64,000 bases of DNA from the human T2T-CHM13v2.0 reference genome, Homo sapiens: assembly GCF_009914755.1 (NCBI RefSeq), contig NC_060933.1. One strand, 5' to 3'. The notes beneath the pieces are model-generated. The model saw only the letters and a program-made list of their open reading frames with translations. It did not search any database and was not told the DNA's origin. Shown here piece after piece: positions 57,859-64,000 of this stretch. The stretch's first letter is position 1. Each line of letters starts with the position of its first letter. Both the position numbers and the translations under genes were made by a program.

Positions 57859-59816
57859 GTTCTTTATGACAATAAAACTACTTCTCTTAAACAAGATACA
57901 GCAGTTGAATAAACACAAGTAGACTCCTGCTTCTAATGACAGTGTTAGGGACATTAATGAGCCTCTGAGACTAAGTCCTTGCACTATCCAGGCAGAGATG
58001 GACCAGTGGGAAGCAGACCCTCTTTCTGTTTATGGAAATCAGGGGAAGGGAGAGATAAGGAAACTGAAGTGTAGACTTTGTAGGAAGCTGCCATGGAGCA
58101 CATCCTACTTGTTCAGGTGACTCTGTAAGCCTCAAACCACTGGCTTTCTCCAGGCCTCCAGGAGAACCCAGGCAGATGTCTGGACCACAAAGAGTGGTGA
58201 ACATCTGATACCAACTGCATCCATCCCGAGGGAAGATGTCTGAAGGCAAGAGTAGGAAATTAAGTGGATTGAGGGACTAGGACCACCATTTCTTTCTTTT
58301 TGACGACATATTTCAGATAGGTTTCTTTCTTTCTTTAGAGAACTGAGTTCTCTGTCTTATTTGCGCAGATGGTTAGCCTGCGGGAAAAAAAAAATTGGAA
58401 TAAGCTTTCTTTTCTGCCCTGAATTTCTTCAGCAGACCCGCAGACCAGCCTCCAGATTCATATGAATTAAACTCCGGTTTGCTCTTCAGGATACCCTTGT
58501 TATATTAATTTAGGGAGCATAATAAATCTGGAGTGAAATATATTTGCTGCAAATGCTAATTCGCTCGATGGGCATATCAATTAGATCTTTGAGGCATAGA
58601 AATTACGGCTGTTAAAGATCTCAAAGGTCATTCTTAGCCCTCTCCAAAGTAAAAAGGCAAGTGATTATCTGCTGAAGGGGTTGGCTGTAGAGGGGTTAAG
58701 GTACAAATATTTAACACCAGTGAAGTGTTAGGCACCGTGCAGGGGACCGAAAATTCTGGAGTCCCAGAAGCTCATCTATAGACCCAAAATTATTTGCTGA
58801 CAATAATAATAATAACAAGAAAATAATGTCAATAACAACAATGATAGCTTCTATTTATTGAGCAATTACCATATCCTAGATGCTATGCTAAGGGCTTTAC
58901 AAATATTAATTTATTTAATCCTTGCAACAACTCTATAAGGTACTAGGTACTATTATTATTCTCATTTTGTAGGTGAGGAAATTGAATCATAGAGGATTTA
59001 AATAACTTTCTATTTCTGGCTAAACTGAAAGAATAGGGATTGTATTTACTCTCCCTCCCGAAACAACTGAAAAACTAAACAACAGTTCCCAAGACATTGG
59101 ACATGAGTCAACAAAGGACAGTGATCCTTGAGAGGTGGGAAACAAATGAGGCAAGTCTCATGATCATCCCGGCATAATTCCTGGAGAAAGTTTTCAGTTC
59201 TCACTGCTGACGGCGACGGCGGGGGCGGGGGGCGGGGGGAGGGCGGGAATGCAGGAAGAGCCCAGCCTACCCCTTGAGTTGAGGATATAGAACTGGGTGT
59301 CCGAGGAAGTCAAGGCAGCCAGAGTTTGCAAGGCAGAGCACCACAAAGAAGAGAGCTTAACAGAGAACTCTGGAACTCTACAGAAGGTCACTCACAATTA
59401 TTCAGATTACTGATCCGTGCGTGGGGAAACCACCCAAGGCCAGGGAAAGAACCACCTGAAAGAATTGGAGGGAACATTGCTCGGAGTTCACACAGAACTA
59501 GGAATAGTGCCTTTCCCAACAGCCAGAGTGGAAAACACTCCTAATTTATTAGTTTAGAGGACCACTATGGGTCCTGTAATACCAGTAAGGATATTTTTAG
59601 TGTGAAAAATTAACTCTAGCCTAATGCTGCTCATGCCTAACAAAACTTAAAAGGAAGCCCTGAAATGATCAAACATCCCTCCAAAACAGCTCCAGAATAT
59701 ATCTGAGAAATATAAACTGTGACCTGGCCAGATAAAATGTTTAAGTGGATGAGCTAGATGTGTAAAAAGTTAAGAAAAAAGATATACATTCTATCATTTT
59801 TGTTTATAAGTAACAG

Positions 59817-60180
59817 TGTCTTAGTTCATTTGGGCTGCTATAACAAAATACCATACTCTAGGTAGCTTATAAACAACAGAAATTTATTTCTCACAGCTCT
59901 GGAGGCAGGGAAGTCCAAGATCAGGGCATCAGCAGATTCAGAGTCTGGTGAGGACCTGCTTTCTGGTTCACAGATGGCACTTTCTTGCTGTGTCTTCACA
60001 TGGTGTCTTCACATGGGGCTAGCTAGCTGTCTGGGGTCACTTTTATAAGGGCACTAATCCCATTCATGAGGACTCTGTCCCATAACCGAATCAACTCCCA
60101 AAATTCTCGCCTCCAAATACTACCCCCTTGGGAGTATTTCAGCACATGAATTTTGGGGGGTAAACATTCAGACCATAGCA
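59817..60180 (-). mobile_element. MaLR LTR (MST/MLT1A-like)
   Basis: tgtcttagttcatttgggctgctataacaaaatacc...aaacattcagaccatagca with TG...CA ends. Confidence 0.82.
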
Positions 60181-60659
60181 TATATGAAATTAAAATGGTC
60201 TCTTATTTATTTATTTTTTATTTGTTGAAGGAATACAACAATGTACAGCACACAGCAAGGGAAAATTTAAAATGTCTAGCATTCAATTTAAAAAAATGAC
60301 CACACATGTAAAAGCAGGAAAATAATGAGAAAAACCAATCAAACCTGACCCAGAAATGACATAGGTGATAGAATTAGTGGCTAAGGATTTTAAAGCGGTC
60401 ATTATAATTCTATTCCATATGTTCTAGAAGATAGAGAAAAAAATGAACATGTTAAGTAGATAGACAAAAGATTTCTTTAAAAAAACAAATAAAAGTTCTA
60501 AAGATGAAAACTGTAATATCAGAGATAAAAGAACATCAAATGAGACTCATGGCAGATTAGGCAGCAGAGAAGATTAATGAACTTAATGAAATAGCAATAG
60601 AAACTATCCAAAATTAAACACAGTTAAAAAAAATCCTTTTGGCCTGGCACAGTGGCTCA

Positions 60660-61010
<351 letters not shown>

Positions 61011-61652
61011 CTAAAATCACAATAAGATACCACTTCATACCCACTAGGATGGCTATAAAGTATTACTTAGGAGGAATCTATAGCATTAATACCTATATTA
61101 GAAAAGAAGAAATGTCTCAAAAAACATTTCAAGAAAATAAAGCTATAGACCAATATGCCTCAGAAACATAGATGCAAACATTTTAAATAAAATTTTAGTA
61201 AACTGAATCCATTCACAAAAAAAAATGGCAAATAGATCATGACTAAGTAGTAAAAATAGTAAATAGATCATGACTAATCTCACGGAAATGCAAGATTAGT
61301 TTAACATTTAAAAATCAATCAGTGTAATTCACCAAATTAATAAACTAAAAAAGAAAATCATATGACCATCTCAATGCATACAGAAAAAAGTATTTGACAA
61401 AATCTAACATCCTTTTCCTTTTTTTTTTTTTTTTTTTTTTTTAAAGAGATGGGATCTCATTATGTTGGCCAGCCTGGTCTTGAACTCCTGGGCTTAAGCG
61501 ATCCTCTTACCTCAGCCTCCCAAGGTCCTAGGATTACAGGAGTGATCTGCCACCTAGCATCCATTTCAGCCTAACATCCATTCCTGATTTAAAAAAACAA
61601 ACAAACAAACAAACAAAAACCTCAGGAAATTAGGAATAAGTGAGAATATCCT

Positions 61653-62018
61653 TGTATGAGTCTGTTACCATGCTGCTGTGAAGAAATACCTGAGAGACTG
61701 GGTAATTTATAAAGAAAAGAGGTTAAATTGACTCACAGTTTTGCATGGCTGGGGAGGCCTCAGGAAACTTACAATCATGGCTAAAGGCACCTCTTCACAA
61801 GGTGGCAGGACAGAGAATGAGCGCCAGCAGGGGAAATGCCAGGCGCTAATAAAACCATCAGATCTCATGAGAACCCACTCACTGTCAGGAGAACAGCATG
61901 GGGGAAACTGCCCCCATGATTCAATTACCTCCCACTGGGTCCCTCCCATGACACATAGGAGTTATGGAGATTACAATTCAAGATGAGATTTGGGTAGGGA
62001 CACAGCCAAATCATATCA
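61653..62018 (-). mobile_element. THE1-family LTR
   Basis: tgtatgagtctgttaccatgctgct...gggaggcctcaggaaacttacaatcatggc...gggacacagccaaatcatatca. Confidence 0.88.
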
Positions 62019-62597
62019 GTTCTCAACCAGAAGAAAAGGGCGTCTATTAAAAAACCTTCAGCAAGTTAAAACTGAAATCAGTAACATTTACAGACTTCTC
62101 AGACAGAAGGCTTTAGAAGAGGGTGAACTTGTTTTAAACTAAATTTCTTTTTGTTTGTGTGATCTATGGATTTTGTTTATTCAGTTTCCTGCCCCTGCAA
62201 GCACAGAAAGCTGAAAACTAATTTGATTCACTTTTCCCAGATGCAATCTCATGTGTATTTTATGTTAGTTTTTAAAGTTTTAGAATTTTAACCAAATTCG
62301 GCACAAAGTGACTATGTTATATGCTCCCTGAACAAATATGCATTAGTCTGAGATTTTTCTTTTTTGTAAAGCAATTTAGACCTCTGTGTGTCTAATAAAA
62401 TTCCATCTAGATTAAAAAAAATACCTTCAGCAAATATTGTACTCAATGATGAAAATATAGGACTGGGTGTGATGATGCACACCTGTAATCCCAGCCACTC
62501 AGAGGGGTGAATTGCTTGAGCCCAAGAGTTCTAGGCTCCAGTAAGGCATGATTGAGCCACTGCACTTCAGTATGGACAACAAAGTGGGTCAAAAGAA

Positions 62598-62726
62598 GGC
62601 AAGAAAGCAAGAAAGGAAGGAAGGAAGGAGAGAAAGGAGGGAAGGAGGGGGGAAGGAAGGAAGGAAAGGGAAGAAAAGGAAGGAAGGAAGGAAGGAAGGA
62701 AGGAAGGAAGGAAGGAAGGAAGGAAA
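62598..62726 (+). repeat. (GGAA)n microsatellite grown from an Alu-monomer tail
   Basis: Run of consecutive ggaa units after an Alu fragment (~62460-62595). Confidence 0.93.
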
Positions 62727-64000
62727 CATTTTTTTCTGATAATACTACAAATAAGACAAGTAAGTCTCTTCACTTCTACCCAACATTGTTCTAGCCAGTG
62801 CAATAAGGCTAAAAATAATAGGGGGTCAGATTGGAAAGGGAGAATTAAAACTGTCTTTACTGACAAACATCATGATTGTTTAAGTAGAAAATTCCACGGA
62901 TTTTTAACTAAAAAAGTTTTTTTCTACCAAAAAGCTATAGAACTAATGAGTTTACCAAGGTTGCAGAATACAAGATCAATATACAAAAGTCAATGGTATT
63001 TCTACATATTAGCAATCAACTGTGAGAAACTGATTTTTTTTTTTTTTTTTTTTTTTTGTAGAGACAGGGTTTCTCCATGTTATCCAGGCTAGTCTTGATC
63101 TCCTAGACTCAAGTGACTTGTCCACCTTGGCCTCTCAAAGTGCTGAGATTGTATGTGTGAACCACTGCACCCAGCTCAAGAAATTGAATTTTTAAAATTA
63201 CTGTTACAATATCATAAAATATGAAATAAAGACAAACCTGATTAAAAAATATGTAAGATTCATACAATGTAAGCATTGCCAAGAGAAACTAAAGACTTAA
63301 AAAAAAGAAAGCTGTACTATGTTCATGGATCAGAAGACTCCATATTAACATGCCAATTTTCCCCAAAATTGATCTGCAGGTTCAATTCAACCCCAGTAAA
63401 AAATCTCTTATTTTTTTAAATTTACAAATTGACAGGCTTACTCTAAAATTCATATAGAAATACAAAGCACCAAGAATAGCAAAACAACTTTTTAAATGAA
63501 GAACAAAGTTAGAGAACTTACACTACCTGACTTCAACATTTACAAAGCTATAGTAATCAAAACAGAGTGACACTGATATAAAGACAGACAAATCAATGAA
63601 ACAGAAAGCACAGAAACTGGCACCTATATACAGTTAATTGATTTTTGACAAAAGTGCGGAGGCAATTTGGTAGAGAAAGGGTCATCTTTTCAGCAAATGT
63701 TCCTGGAACAAATATATATATATGAAAAGTGATGAACTTCAATCCATACCTCATACAGTATACCAAAATTAACTCAAAGTGAACTATAGACCTAAATATA
63801 AAACCTAAAACTACATAATTTTTGGAAGAAAACATGGGAGAAAATTTTTGTTTCTTATTGTATTGGATTGAGTAGTGTACTCCCCAAAATCATGTTCTTC
63901 TCAGAACTTCAGAATGTGACTTTATTTGATATTGGGCCATTGCAGATGTAATTAGTTAAATTAAGATGAAATCATACTGGAGTAGAGTGGGTGCTTAATC

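Overview
This is mammalian, almost certainly human, genomic DNA containing the 5' end of WHRN (whirlin, DFNB31/USH2D) on the minus strand. It holds a CpG-island promoter (~30.6-32.2 kb), coding exon 1 (31192-30575; HHD1 and most of PDZ1), a 25.4-kb intron 1 and exon 2 (5209-4991). The ~32 kb upstream is repeat-dense (Alu, L1, L2/MIR, MaLR/ERVL LTRs, MER5) and has no recognisable gene. Almost all other ORFs in the track are repeat-derived or chance ORFs. I see no evidence of a wholly new biological system. The best leads are isoform and regulatory features: (i) exon 2 read-through into intron 2 with a stop and AATAAA, giving a 345-aa truncated whirlin whose poly(A) downstream element comes from an antisense Alu tail; (ii) three upstream AUGs and a degenerate ~30-bp repeat array in the 5' leader; (iii) an RFX X-box at the promoter; (iv) a probable alternative first exon in intron 1; (v) a complete SERF2 retrocopy with target-site duplications; (vi) a ~183-bp templated duplication carrying a perfect nuclear-receptor everted repeat. 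Repeat subfamily names come from recalled consensus sequences and their boundaries are approximate.
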